Notes under the pieces: generated by a model
What the model saw: the letters and a program-made list of their open reading frames with translations, nothing else
What the model was told of the DNA's origin: nothing
The model's database searches: none
Translations under genes and position numbers: made by a program
Origin: Chloroflexota bacterium
Lineage (GTDB): Bacteria; Chloroflexota; Anaerolineae; J102
DNA: 64,000 nt
Direction: 5' to 3'
Assembly: GCA_041918515.1 (NCBI GenBank)
Contig: JAYRVO010000048.1
Span: 13,234-77,233, forward strand
In this document: positions 26,328 to 38,757 of the stretch, one piece after another
Numbering within the stretch: position 1 is the first letter of the stretch
How the letters are laid out: every line of letters starts with the position of its first letter

Positions 26328-26957
26328 ATGTCCGCCTTGAACAAGATCGCCCACTTTCAGGATCGCCGAGACGAGCAACCCAATCAAGATCTGGCGCGGG
26401 AGCTGGTTACGACGCAGGATCGGGAAGGAATCCAAGAGATTGCCGAAAACCTCTGGAACCCGAACCCAAACGTCCAGGCCGACTGCCTCAAGGTCCTGTA
26501 TGAGATCGGCTATCTCGACCCCAGCCTGGTGGCGGATCGCTGCGGCGACTTTCTGAAGCTGCTCAAACACAAGAACAATCGCCTGGTGTGGGGCGCCATG
26601 ATTGCTTTGTCCACCGTCGCGGCGTCGCAGGCAGACGAGCTTTACCTCCATCGCGACGAGATCATGCGGGCCACAGCGCAAGGCTCGGTCATCACGGTCG
26701 ACAACGGCATCAAAGTGCTGGCGACGCTCGCCGCCAGCAACGAAGAACGCAGGCAGACGCTGTTACCCTACTTGTTGCACCATCTCGAAACCTGCCGACC
26801 CAAAGACGTCCCCCAGCATTCCGAACAGATCGTCATTGCTGTGGATGCCGAAGGCAAGAACCAGTTCATCGCCATCCTGCAAAAGCGCATGGCGCACATG
26901 AGCGACTCCCAGGCCGCCAGAATCAAACGCGTCCTCAAGACAGCAAGCACCCGCTGA
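26328..26957 (+). CDS. hypothetical protein, helical-repeat (HEAT/armadillo-like) appearance
   Basis: This is the in-frame internal ATG of ORF 25785..26957. The upstream part of that ORF overlaps the previous gene and terminator in another frame. The sequence MSALNKIAHFQDRRDEQPNQDLARELV... is 209 aa of repeated amphipathic helices. No family was recognised. Confidence 0.5.
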   Translation: MSALNKIAHFQDRRDEQPNQDLARELVTTQDREGIQEIAENLWNPNPNVQADCLKVLYEIGYLDPSLVADRCGDFLKLLKHKNNRLVWGAMIALSTVAASQADELYLHRDEIMRATAQGSVITVDNGIKVLATLAASNEERRQTLLPYLLHHLETCRPKDVPQHSEQIVIAVDAEGKNQFIAILQKRMAHMSDSQAARIKRVLKTASTR

Positions 26958-27084
26958 CTCCCTACTCCCTGATTTGCACCCACCACCAGTTGTGATACCA
27001 TCGCAGCCCCACCGCCGGTGCAGGGTTCGGGTCGTCTGACTTGCGCCTGGCGCTCCACAGGTGACCACTCACAAAGAGGCAATT

Positions 27085-27492
27085 ATGACTACAGGAAGCG
27101 GGACCAAGAATGATCCCTGGGTGCTGAAAACGCCGCCGGGGACATCCGAATTCACCATGCACCGGGACGAGACGCGCACGCCGCCCGCGCTGGTGTGCAG
27201 AGTGGGCGCGACCGAACTGCTCTACGACTTGCGCTGCATCGACGATCTGCATGCCATGCTCAAGGCGCACGGCGACTGGATGGAGTTGGGCGCCGCCGAT
27301 GAACAGAAACCCGCCAAAGAAGGGACGGTGGAAGCCTGGGGACGCTCGCCCGACAACCCCGTCGGTGGCTGGTACGGGCTGAAGAAGGGCTTGCGTGGTC
27401 GCTTCGGCCTCTATGTGCCGCCGGTATTGGAAGCGCTGGGGCTGGCCGAAGTCGAACACAATCCCCGCAACAATCGTATGCGGGCCTTGTGA
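27085..27492 (+). CDS. hypothetical protein (135 aa)
   Basis: ORF 27061..27492. The ATG at 27085 is preceded by AAAGAGG about 7 nt upstream. The C-terminus reads GWYGLKKGLRGRFGLYVPPVLEALGLAEVEHNPRNNRMRAL. No family could be assigned with confidence. Confidence 0.5.
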   Translation: MTTGSGTKNDPWVLKTPPGTSEFTMHRDETRTPPALVCRVGATELLYDLRCIDDLHAMLKAHGDWMELGAADEQKPAKEGTVEAWGRSPDNPVGGWYGLKKGLRGRFGLYVPPVLEALGLAEVEHNPRNNRMRAL

Positions 27493-27493
27493 T

Positions 27494-28495
27494 TCAACCG
27501 CCTGCGATTACCAGCGCCACCTCATCGAAATCCCGGCAATAGTGCTGGCAGAGCGCCCGCGCCCCGGCCGCTTCGATATTCCCCCCCGCCATCCCCACCG
27601 TCGTGAACCCTGCCAGCCGCGCCGAGCAGACCCCGGCGCCGCGGTCGTCGATGCCGATTACGCTGTGTCGTTGCTCGAAGCGAATGCCCAGCCCCACCCG
27701 GCACGCCTCGGCGTAGAGCCAGGGATGGGGTTTGGGCATCAGTTCGCCCAAAGTCCCCACCTCGCCCTTACGCAGTGGAAATCCGGCGGTGATGATGGCG
27801 TCGTACAAGGCTTCCGGCGCGCCCAGGTCCAGAAGATCGAAGGCGGCTTTGATTTCAGGATAGGCCTTCTCGTACAACCCCGAAGTCACCAGGGCGATCT
27901 TGATCCCGCGGCCTTTCAGCCAGAGCAAAAAGTCCTTCAAGCCCGGCGCCGGCTGCATGGCCTCCCTGCGCCCGCTCCCTGAGAGGATGGCCTGCAACTC
28001 GCGATGCGTGTGCTCGAAATAGGCAGCGCGCGCCGCTTCCAGCGTGCGGTCGGGACAGTACTTCGCCAGGCAATAGCTCAGATGCTCGGAAACGCTGTGG
28101 CCGCTGACGTGGGGGATGTCGGCGTCTTCCAACTCGAAATTCGGGTTCCCCAACAGTGTCGTCATCGTCATCTGGATGATCCAGACCCAGAACTGCTCGC
28201 TGTGCACGCTCGTCCCATCCAAATCCATCAGCACCGCCTGCACGGGCCGCCGCAACGCCACCGGATGCACAGGATAATAGGCGGGGTAGCCTAACGAAGA
28301 CCTGACATAGGCCAGAGTGTGGTCGCGAAAGCCGACGAACTCGACCTTGCCATCGCCGAGGGCGGCGATGGCGCTGACGCCGCCCTCGCCCACTCGATGC
28401 AGGCCATCGCCGCACGCAGTCAGGGAAACGAGGCCGGCGCCGGAGGAAAAAGAACCCAGGTGGGGGAGGGTGATGTCGGGAATCATGGGCGGCAT
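27494..28495 (-). CDS. HAD-superfamily hydrolase with about 90-aa N-terminal extension
   Basis: Motif I is LMDLDGTSV (DxDGT). Later motifs are VTSGLYEK and IGIDDRGAGVCSARLAGF. The protein is 333 aa. Confidence 0.65.
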   Translation of the reverse strand: MPPMIPDITLPHLGSFSSGAGLVSLTACGDGLHRVGEGGVSAIAALGDGKVEFVGFRDHTLAYVRSSLGYPAYYPVHPVALRRPVQAVLMDLDGTSVHSEQFWVWIIQMTMTTLLGNPNFELEDADIPHVSGHSVSEHLSYCLAKYCPDRTLEAARAAYFEHTHRELQAILSGSGRREAMQPAPGLKDFLLWLKGRGIKIALVTSGLYEKAYPEIKAAFDLLDLGAPEALYDAIITAGFPLRKGEVGTLGELMPKPHPWLYAEACRVGLGIRFEQRHSVIGIDDRGAGVCSARLAGFTTVGMAGGNIEAAGARALCQHYCRDFDEVALVIAGG

Positions 28496-28527
28496 TGTAC
28501 TTCAAATGTGACGCACTCAACGAAGTG

Positions 28528-28556
28528 TTTACGAAGCGCGTTGCACCTGATACAAT
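28528..28556 (+). promoter_or_regulatory. sigma70-like promoter for the second MttB-family gene
   Basis: TTTACG (28528-28533), a 17-nt spacer, then TACAAT (28551-28556). GGAG lies about 9 nt before the ATG at 28593. Confidence 0.35.
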
Positions 28557-28592
28557 GCCGCATCACCACGAAAAGAAAATGGAGCCTGCGCC

Positions 28593-30066
28593 ATGCGCCA
28601 CCGCGAACGCCGTCCTGCCGCCTCTGTCATCCCCCCTTCGCCCGACCTGCCGCATCTTGCGCCCCGGCTGACCATGCTCGGCCCGGACGACTGCCAGCGC
28701 CTCCACATGGCCTCGTGTAGCATCCTGGCCCGCACCGGCGTGCGCGTGTATCACGAGGGCGGACTCCAGCTTTTGCGCCAGGCGGGGGCGCAGGTCGATG
28801 GCGATCGGGTGCGCATCTCGCCGGAGTTGGTGGATTGGGCCATCGCTTCGGCTCCGCGTGCGTTCAACCTCTATCGCCGGGGCACGGATCAGCCTGCCTG
28901 CATCCTCGATGGCGAACACGTCTACTTCGGCCCCGGCTCCGACACCCTGCGCTATCTCGACCCGCGCACGGGCCAGCGCCGGGATTTCCAAACCGCCGAC
29001 ATTGCCGACTGCATTCGCCTGTGCGATTACCTGCCCGAGATCGGCTTCGTCATGTCGGTTGGCATCCCGCGCGACGTGCCCACACAGCTCTATTTCCGCC
29101 ACCAATACGCCGCCCTCGTCCGCAACACCATCAAGCCCATGGTCGTGGTCTGCAACGATCTGGCCGACATCGAGGCGATCACGGCCATGCACGCTGCCGC
29201 TGCTGGCGGTATGGAGCGGCTATCGCAATTCCCCACTCTCCTACTCTATTCCGAACCGACGACTCCACTCTCGCATTCCCTCGAAGCGGTGGACAAGCTG
29301 CTGTTCGTCGCTCGCCACCGCATCCCGGTCACGCATTCGCCGGCGCCCATGATCGGCGGCACCGCCCCCATCACCATCGCCGGGGCCATGGCTCTGGGCA
29401 ATGCCGAAATGCTCAGCGGCCTGGTCATGCATCAGCTTCAGAATCCGGGAGCGCCTTTTTTGTATGGGAATGGCGTGCATCATCTCGACATGAAGGAGAT
29501 GATCAGCGTCTATGGCGCCCCTGAATTTCAACTGGCCCGGATCATGACTGCCGAGATGTCGCGTTTCTATAAAATGCCGTGCTGGGGCTACGCCGGTCAT
29601 TCCGATAGCGCCGTGCTGGACGAGCAAGCCGCCATCGACGCTCAGTTTTCGGTGCAAACTGCGCTGCTGGCGAAGACGAATCTCAACCATGATGTGGGCT
29701 ATTTGGAGGCGGGATTGGCCAATTCGCCCGAATTGATGGTGCTGACGAACGAGATCATCGCCATGAACCGCACTTTCGTGCGCGGCGTGCGCCTCGACGA
29801 CGAAGCCCTGGCTGTGGACGTGATCGATGACGTCGGCCCCGGCGGCCAGTTCCTCAGCCACGACCACACCATGGCTCATTGGCGCGAGCTGTACGTGCCG
29901 GAGCTGTTCGACCGCCAGCGCCTGGAGCCGTGGCTGGCCAAAGGCGGCAAAGACATGCGCACGCGCGTGCGCGAACAGACGCTTGCCATCCTCGATTCGC
30001 ATCGGCCCGAGCCATTGCCGGCCAATGCCGACGCCGAGATCGATTACATTTTACGGAGCGGCGGAG

Positions 30067-30080
<14 letters not shown>
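28593..30080 (+). CDS. trimethylamine methyltransferase (MttB) superfamily protein, non-pyrrolysine (second paralogue)
   Basis: 495 aa. The segment ...RLTMLGPDDCQRLHMASCSILARTGVRVYHEGGLQLLRQAGAQVDGDRVRISPELVDWAIASAP aligns by eye with the N-terminus of the 23564 paralogue. There is no in-frame TAG. Confidence 0.7.
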
Positions 30081-32415
<2,335 letters not shown>

Positions 32416-32437
32416 TTCGCTCTCAACTTGCAAAGCA

Positions 32438-33205
32438 TTGCTCACCCTCACCTCTTGCCAGGCCCCGAACGCTCATCCTACCTGGCGCGCCATTGCCGCC
32501 TATCTGTCCGCGCGCCTGGACCAACCCGTGCGCTTTGTCGAAGACATCGCCTGGGAAGAGCGTCTGAGCCAGATCGAGGCCGGGGGCATCGACATGGGTT
32601 GGGTGTGTGGGGCGTATTACGTGCACATGGTCGCCCGGCTTGAGCCGGCCGTCGAGCTATTGGCGGCGCCGGTGATGGCAGGCGAACGGTACGGCGGCCG
32701 CCCTATCTACTTTTCGGACGTGGTCGTCCGCGCCGGCAGCACCTTCGCCTCCTTTGCCGACCTGCGCGGCGCTCGCTGGGCGATCAACGAGCCAGGATCA
32801 CATTCGGGCTATGGCGTCGTGGCCTGGCATCTGGCCAGGCTGGGCGAGACATGGGGCTTGTTCGGGAACGTCATCGCTTCGGGCGCGCACCAGCGTTCGC
32901 TGGAAATGATTCTGCGAAACGAGGTCGATGCCGCGGCCATCGACAGCACCGTGCTCGAAACCGAACTCCGCGCTCGACCCCACCTGGCCAGCCAGATCCG
33001 GATCATCGCCGCCCTCGGCCCCAGCCCCATCCCACCTGTCGTGGTGCAGCGTCGCCTACCGCTGGCCTTGCGCCGCGCGCTTCGCCAGTCGTTCGCGACC
33101 ATGCACGATGACCCCACAGGCCGCGCCATCCTCGACGAGGCCCATATCGCCCATTTTACGTTGATAGAGGACGCCGACTACGATCCGTTGCGCCAGAACA
33201 CCTGA
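32438..33205 (+). CDS. PhnD/phosphonate-binding-like substrate-binding protein, no signal peptide seen
   Basis: 255 aa with a TTG start. The sequence ...WRAIAAYLSARLDQPVRFVEDIAWEERLSQIEAGGIDMGWVCGAYY...FSDVVVRAGS...WAINEPGSHSGY... resembles the PhnD-like periplasmic binding fold. The N-terminus has no hydrophobic leader. Confidence 0.5.
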   Translation: MLTLTSCQAPNAHPTWRAIAAYLSARLDQPVRFVEDIAWEERLSQIEAGGIDMGWVCGAYYVHMVARLEPAVELLAAPVMAGERYGGRPIYFSDVVVRAGSTFASFADLRGARWAINEPGSHSGYGVVAWHLARLGETWGLFGNVIASGAHQRSLEMILRNEVDAAAIDSTVLETELRARPHLASQIRIIAALGPSPIPPVVVQRRLPLALRRALRQSFATMHDDPTGRAILDEAHIAHFTLIEDADYDPLRQNT

Positions 33206-33231
33206 CAGGTTTTGTAAAACCTGTCAGGTGT
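33198..33231. terminator. bidirectional terminator-like palindrome (CCTGACAGG family) between convergent genes
   Basis: CACCTGACAGGTTTT-gt-AAAACCTGTCAGGTG overlaps the TGA stop at 33203-33205. It lies between the + gene ending at 33205 and the - gene ending at 33283. Confidence 0.6.
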
Positions 33232-33282
33232 TCGAGAAGGAGGAGCAGTTGGGGAATCGTTGCTTCGTCGGAGCAGACGCGG

Positions 33283-33645
33283 TTAGGACGAGGGCGGTGC
33301 AGGGGGCGACGCCTTGCTCATTTCTTTCGATAGAGCCACCAGGCGTTCCACAGCCTGGGCGCTCGCTCGTGTATTTCCCTCAAGATCAGTCATCAGGTTG
33401 AGCAGACCGCCAATGATAAACCACTGCAGGAACCACGAAACGCCCATCGCCAGGGCCGCCAAACCTATCCAATTCTGACCACCAGCCCAGACGCCAGCGA
33501 AGCCTTTGTAGATGAAGAGCAGCCACAAAGTGGCGAGGATGCTGATAGCCAGCACAACCCAGGCAGCGATCTGTGCAATCCGACCGATGGTGCGCAGGCC
33601 TTGGTATTTGTGCGGTTGTTCCACGATTTTACCTCCGCCGAGCAT
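33283..33645 (-). CDS. small integral membrane protein (hypothetical)
   Basis: 120 aa with three hydrophobic segments (IAQIAAWVVLAISILATLWLLFI; IGLAALAMGVSWFLQWFIIGGLLNL). Its ATG overlaps the upstream stop (TAATG). Confidence 0.55.
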   Translation of the reverse strand: MLGGGKIVEQPHKYQGLRTIGRIAQIAAWVVLAISILATLWLLFIYKGFAGVWAGGQNWIGLAALAMGVSWFLQWFIIGGLLNLMTDLEGNTRASAQAVERLVALSKEMSKASPPAPPSS

Positions 33646-34628
33646 TAGGGTTGGGGCAGAGGAATTTCCTCAGCGCCTGCAGCTGTGGGGAACTTCAGCA
33701 CAACTTCACCATCGACCTTATCGAGCATGGGCAATATCACTTTCATGGCGTTGCGCAACGGCCCGTAAGCATCGGTGTAGTAGAGTTGGCCGTACAGATC
33801 GGCGGCGTTGTTGAGATACTCGTCGTTCCAGACAAAGCTGGGCAGCGCGTCGCCATTTACGTAGAGCATCAATCCCGCCGGTGTTGCCCGGACAGAGATG
33901 TGCTGGATATTGCTGGCCTGCATTTGCGCCAGGAACGCCGGCGGCATCTCCACCTGTCGCATGCTCACGCCAAAGGCTTCCTCCAGATCTCTGGTAGAAA
34001 CCGAGAGAATCGAGGGGACGCCATTGTCGTCATAGGTGACGTGCGCCTTCATTTGCGCCATCGGTTCCGCCGCCTCGGCTACCGCCGCCACTGGTGCTTT
34101 GGGATCGCGCAGCGGCATGGCCTCGGCGCCTTCCTTGAGCGGGAAGGTGAGGGCAATGTCCAGGCCCAGGCGTTGTGCAAAGGGGATGAAGACCTTCAGG
34201 AGTTTGGCTGTACGCTGATCCAGCAGGCCGAGGGCGCTGGCCATCTCGCTCGTCTTGGCCAGTGATTCCGCCGACCAACCCACATGAGGCATGGCCTTAC
34301 CGTTGGCAAAAATATGAATGCCATCATCCCGGTGGACCAATTCGATGTGCTGAAGCCCGGTGGCGGTGAACCAGGCCACATACTCCTTGGGGAGCTGGAA
34401 TCCTGTCAGATCGAGCTGCCCGAACGAGAGCGACTTGAGTTGCTCCGGCGAGAGACCGGCCATCGAGGGCTTGCCCTGGCTATCGATGTCAACAGTCAGC
34501 CGCGGGAGCGCCAGCAGGAAGCCGCCATCCTGCTGAGCGACTTGTGTGGGGCTGGCACCGCATCCTGCCAACAGCATGGCAAGCACTAGCAATGGTGTAA
34601 GCCAGAAGAGAACCTTCGCTGCACGCAT
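33645..34628 (-). CDS. lipoprotein (hypothetical)
   Basis: ORF 33645..34769 trimmed to ATG 34628. The N-terminus MRAAKVLFWLTPLLVLAMLLAGCGASP contains a lipobox (LAGC). GGAGG lies about 9 nt upstream. Confidence 0.6.
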   Translation of the reverse strand: MRAAKVLFWLTPLLVLAMLLAGCGASPTQVAQQDGGFLLALPRLTVDIDSQGKPSMAGLSPEQLKSLSFGQLDLTGFQLPKEYVAWFTATGLQHIELVHRDDGIHIFANGKAMPHVGWSAESLAKTSEMASALGLLDQRTAKLLKVFIPFAQRLGLDIALTFPLKEGAEAMPLRDPKAPVAAVAEAAEPMAQMKAHVTYDDNGVPSILSVSTRDLEEAFGVSMRQVEMPPAFLAQMQASNIQHISVRATPAGLMLYVNGDALPSFVWNDEYLNNAADLYGQLYYTDAYGPLRNAMKVILPMLDKVDGEVVLKFPTAAGAEEIPLPQP

Positions 34629-34857
34629 AGTTGAATACCTCCTTGTGCGCCGGCGCCAATGCCGGCAAAAGAAAAGAATGGAAAGAAAGAAAACACGACC
34701 AGCAATTACAACTGTGCAAACGATCACATCGTTACCGCGACGCGCGTCGTTTTGCACAGGGGTATACACCTAACTATACATTATGGTAAAAAAGACTGTA
34801 AAAGGCAAGTGGTGGATATGCGGCGCGGCGTATCGTAGGGAAATCGTAGGGAAATCG

Positions 34858-37218
34858 TCAGCCGGTCGGGACGGTGGCAAGCTGGGCGACATGCTGCGCT
34901 TGCAAACCTTCCCATACGCGCTCACTGGTAATAGGTAAATCGGTCAGGCGTACGCCGACAGCGCGGTGGATAGCGATGCCTATGGCGGGCGCCGAAGCAA
35001 TGATCGAGTGTTCGCCCACACCGCGCGCACCAAAAGGCCCATCATCCTGCGGGACCTCGACGATGGCCGCCTCCACGGATTGTGGCAAATCCATAGCTGT
35101 GGCGATGCGATAGTCCAAGAAGCCAGCGTTGCGTGGCTGGCCATCCTCGAACAACACCTGCTCGAAAAGGGCCGTACTCATGCCCTGAATCGAGCCGCCT
35201 TTGATTTGTGCTTCCACGATGTCGGGGTTGATGGCGCGACCGACGTCGAAAGCCGAAGCGATGTGTATGATCTCGACCTCGCCTGTTTCGATATCCACCT
35301 CCACCTCCACCGCCTGCGCCCCCGTGCTGAAGTGCATGACGGGCAACAAGGGATGTTCGCTCGTGCGGGCGTGGGCCGGCGACTTGGGTTGAAAGCTGCC
35401 GGTGGCGCGTAAGTGGCCAGAGATATGTTTGCCAGAGGGGAGATCGATGCCATGAGTGACCAAATCGGTCAGCGCCAGGGTGCGGTCGGAAGCATAGGAA
35501 AAGACGACTCCTTCGGCAATGTCCAGCGATCCGATCGGCTCGCCCCAGGCTTCCACCGCCAGCATGAGAATGTTGGCGCGCAACGTTTGGGCCGCGCGCA
35601 ACGCCGCATTGCCGCTGCTCCACGTCAATTGGCTGGTCATGGCCTGCCATTGTTCAGGGCTATGATCGGTGTCGACCGCCGACACGCGCACCCATTCCAG
35701 CGGCACCCCCAGCGCCGATGCCACCAATTGCGCTGCCACCGTATAGAAGCCCTGACCGACATCGACGCCGCCCATCTCGATCACAACCGGCCCGTCTTCA
35801 TCCAGACGCACGACGGCTGTTGCTTCTGTTTGATTCCCCCAGAATACCGGATTCCACATCGCCGCCAACCCTTTGCCACGCCGCCGGTGCTTGGAAGTAG
35901 GCTTTGCGGGCGCTTTCGACCAACGGATGGCCGCAGCGGCTTGGCGGATGCATTGATCCAGTCCTGTGGCGTGCATGATTTGCCCGTCGAGCAAGACATC
36001 TCCGCCTTTGAGACAATTCAAGAGGCGAAATGTCACTGCGTCCATGTCCAGCGCCTCGGCCAAGCGGTCGATGTGCTGCTCCACCGCCCAATGAATCTCG
36101 GCCATGCCGTTGCCGCGCATGGGCGCCGCGGGGACATGGTTCGTGTAAACGACGCAACTCTCGATCTGCGCATTGGGCACATCATAAGGTCCAGCGCCAG
36201 CATAGGCCGCCCCCCATGCCAACTCGATGATGGCGTCAGCGGCGGCGCCAGCATCCCATTGGTAGGTCGCCTCCAGCGCGGTGATATGTCCCTGGCGATT
36301 GGCGCCCATCTTGATGTGCGCTGTTAGACCTGGCCGCACGAAGGTGCTGGTGAACTCCTCCTCGCGGTTCAGCACCAGCTTGACCGGCCTGCCCCCTGCC
36401 TGCAAGGCCAGCGCCACCGCCAATGCCTCGATACTGACAAAGGCTTTACCGCCAAAGCCGCCGCCGACATATGGCGTCACCACGCGTAGACGATCGGAAT
36501 TCAGCCCCAGCGCCTGGGCTATCATCTCGCGCTGCACGAAGGGCGCTTGTGTGGAGGCCCACAAAGTGACGCGCCCATCAGTTTCCATCTGGGCCACAGC
36601 GCCGTGCGGCTCCAGGGCCACGTGGTGCACCGGCGGCGCGTAATAGCGCTGCTCGATGACCACATGGGCTTCTCTCCATTCACGTTCCAAATCGCCTCTT
36701 TGCATCTGGCAACGATGCGCGAGGTTCGTGTTGGGTTGGGGCTGGATGAACGGCGCCCGGATCGAGGAGGCCAGGTCGGGATGTAAGACAGGTGCATCCG
36801 CGGCCAATGCTGTTTCGACAGTGAAGACGCCGGGCAAATCCTCATATGTCACCGCCACCAACCGTGCGGCTTGCTCTGCCAGTTCGGGGGATTCCGCCGC
36901 CACCACGGCCACCGGCTCACCCACGAAACGGACGCGGTCTTGCGCCAATACTGGGCGATCCTGGAGATGCAGGCCCAATTGCCCCCTGATATCTTGCCCC
37001 GTCAGAGCGATGTGCACTCCGGCCAAGGCCAGGGCCGGGCTGACATCCACGGCGCGGAGGAGGGCGTGCGGCCGGGTGCTGGAGACAATGCGGGCGTACA
37101 ACAAATCGGCGCCGAAGTCGACGTCGTCAAGATAGTGCGCGGCTCCGGCCAGCTTCGCTTGTCCTTCGACGCGAGCGAAAGGTCTGCCAACGATGTGGGG
37201 CTTACGCGGGGGGATCAT
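34858..37218 (-). CDS. xanthine dehydrogenase/aldehyde oxidase family molybdopterin-binding large subunit (CoxL-like)
   Basis: ORF 34858..37395 trimmed to ATG 37218 (MIPPRKPHIVGRPFARVEGQAKLAGAAHYLDD...). It contains the PYVGGGFGGK motif and is about 786 aa. Confidence 0.8.
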   Translation of the reverse strand: MIPPRKPHIVGRPFARVEGQAKLAGAAHYLDDVDFGADLLYARIVSSTRPHALLRAVDVSPALALAGVHIALTGQDIRGQLGLHLQDRPVLAQDRVRFVGEPVAVVAAESPELAEQAARLVAVTYEDLPGVFTVETALAADAPVLHPDLASSIRAPFIQPQPNTNLAHRCQMQRGDLEREWREAHVVIEQRYYAPPVHHVALEPHGAVAQMETDGRVTLWASTQAPFVQREMIAQALGLNSDRLRVVTPYVGGGFGGKAFVSIEALAVALALQAGGRPVKLVLNREEEFTSTFVRPGLTAHIKMGANRQGHITALEATYQWDAGAAADAIIELAWGAAYAGAGPYDVPNAQIESCVVYTNHVPAAPMRGNGMAEIHWAVEQHIDRLAEALDMDAVTFRLLNCLKGGDVLLDGQIMHATGLDQCIRQAAAAIRWSKAPAKPTSKHRRRGKGLAAMWNPVFWGNQTEATAVVRLDEDGPVVIEMGGVDVGQGFYTVAAQLVASALGVPLEWVRVSAVDTDHSPEQWQAMTSQLTWSSGNAALRAAQTLRANILMLAVEAWGEPIGSLDIAEGVVFSYASDRTLALTDLVTHGIDLPSGKHISGHLRATGSFQPKSPAHARTSEHPLLPVMHFSTGAQAVEVEVDIETGEVEIIHIASAFDVGRAINPDIVEAQIKGGSIQGMSTALFEQVLFEDGQPRNAGFLDYRIATAMDLPQSVEAAIVEVPQDDGPFGARGVGEHSIIASAPAIGIAIHRAVGVRLTDLPITSERVWEGLQAQHVAQLATVPTG

Positions 37219-37223
37219 AGCAT

Positions 37224-37691
37224 CTACCTGCGATTGCGCGCGGCTGACTGCACGGCTTTGACCACATCGGCGTAGGCCGTGCACCGGCAAAGCGTCCCGG
37301 CCAGGCCAGCGCGGATGACGTGAGGTTCGGGGCGGGCGGATTGCTTGAACAAGGCGGCGGCAGCCATCAGCAAGCCGGGCGTACAAAAACCGCATTGCGT
37401 GCCCTGGTGTTCCAGGAAGGCCTGCTGCAAGGCGTGCAACTCTTCACCCTGGGCCAGGCCCTCGACCGTAACCACGGCGGCGCCATCAGTTTCTACAGCC
37501 AACACCAGACAGGCGTTCACCAACTCGTCGTTCAATAGCACGCTGCAGGCGCCACATTCGCCGCTGGCGCAGCCATTCTTGGGGCCTGTAAGATGCAATT
37601 GCTCGCGCAACATACGCAACAGCGTATGATGCGAAGCCACTGTCAGACGCTTCGGCTCGCCATTCACCATCAAGCTGATCATGTGGTTCAT
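37224..37691 (-). CDS. (2Fe-2S)-binding small subunit (CoxS-like)
   Basis: ORF 37224..37931 trimmed to ATG 37691. The sequence is MNHMISLMVNGEPKRLTV...GCASGECGACSVLLN...CGFCTPG...CRCTAY. Confidence 0.85.
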   Translation of the reverse strand: MNHMISLMVNGEPKRLTVASHHTLLRMLREQLHLTGPKNGCASGECGACSVLLNDELVNACLVLAVETDGAAVVTVEGLAQGEELHALQQAFLEHQGTQCGFCTPGLLMAAAALFKQSARPEPHVIRAGLAGTLCRCTAYADVVKAVQSAARNRR

Positions 37692-38596
37692 GTCGCTCCT
37701 CCCGCCAGCTGTCCTATCACCGTCTCGATGCCGCGCCGCGCCAACACACCCACCATGGCTCGCCGATAGCGTGCACTGGCGCGATGATCGTCGATCGGTT
37801 GTGCTGCCTGTTCGGCCAGCTGCGCAGCCAGGTGGATGGTCGCCGGGTCGGGCAGATAGCCGTGCAGGCATTCTTCCGCGGCGGTGGCGCGCAGGGGGTG
37901 TGGCGCCACCGCTGCCAAAGCGATGCGCCAATCATACGAGCCATTGCCAGCGCCCATCGCCAGCACCGCCACCCCCACCATCGTCAGATGCCCACTCTGA
38001 CCCGTGCGCAACTTGTGATACACCCCTGCTCCTCTGCCTGCGGGCGGCGGCAACGTCACCCGCACCAGAATCTCGCCTGGTTCGACGATGGTCTGTTTGC
38101 GGCCCCGGAAAAATGTTGTCAGGGGCACGCTGCGCGCGCCGGCGGGACCATAAAGATGACACATCGCTTCGTAGCAGAGCAGGGCCGGGGGAAGGTCGGC
38201 GGCGGGCGAAGCCGTGCAGAGATTGCCGCCGACCGTGATCCGATTGCGGACCGGCGGCGTCCCCAGCACCTCGCAAGCCCCCACCAACAGGGGGTAGTAA
38301 CGACGCACGTCGGCGTGCGCCATAAGCTGCCTTATGGTTACGGCTGCTCCGATGGTCAGGCCGCGGCTGGGATCGAAGTGCAGATCGCGTAACCCCGGCA
38401 GATTCTTGATGTCCACCACCTGGCGGGGCGATGAGCGACCATATTCGATATCGGGCAGCAAAGCCGTGCCCCCGGCCAGCACGCAAGCGTGACCATCAGC
38501 CTGCGCAAGCAGGGCGCTGGCTTGTTCCAAATTCTGAGGACGGAAATAATCGAACGGCTGCAAACACTTCACCTCGTCGTGAATGGCATTGCCCAT
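37688..38596 (-). CDS. FAD-binding subunit (CoxM-like) of xanthine dehydrogenase family enzyme
   Basis: 302 aa. The sequence reads FDYFRPQNLEQASALLAQADGHACVLAGGTALLPD... There is a 4-nt overlap with the downstream small-subunit start. Confidence 0.8.
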   Translation of the reverse strand: MGNAIHDEVKCLQPFDYFRPQNLEQASALLAQADGHACVLAGGTALLPDIEYGRSSPRQVVDIKNLPGLRDLHFDPSRGLTIGAAVTIRQLMAHADVRRYYPLLVGACEVLGTPPVRNRITVGGNLCTASPAADLPPALLCYEAMCHLYGPAGARSVPLTTFFRGRKQTIVEPGEILVRVTLPPPAGRGAGVYHKLRTGQSGHLTMVGVAVLAMGAGNGSYDWRIALAAVAPHPLRATAAEECLHGYLPDPATIHLAAQLAEQAAQPIDDHRASARYRRAMVGVLARRGIETVIGQLAGGAT

Positions 38597-38757
38597 ACGG
38601 CAGAACTCTGAGCATGAGTGCCACTGATTCTCGGTTCAAAAGCTTACACTACTTTTGGGAATCTGCCAATTTGCCCCTTTAGCACTCCCCCAAATAGGGA
38701 TGAGGTGGCAAACTTGCCCTGAACGAAGCGAAGGATTGTAGGTGGCAGGTGGCGACG

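Noticed and set aside
29827-30066. Upstream start (ATG 29827) for the Mo-oxidoreductase
   Set aside because: This start would overlap the 3' end of the MttB-like gene by 254 nt in another frame, with a junk-like translation (MTSAPAASSSATTTPW...). ATG 30067 is the last canonical start before the Cys cluster.
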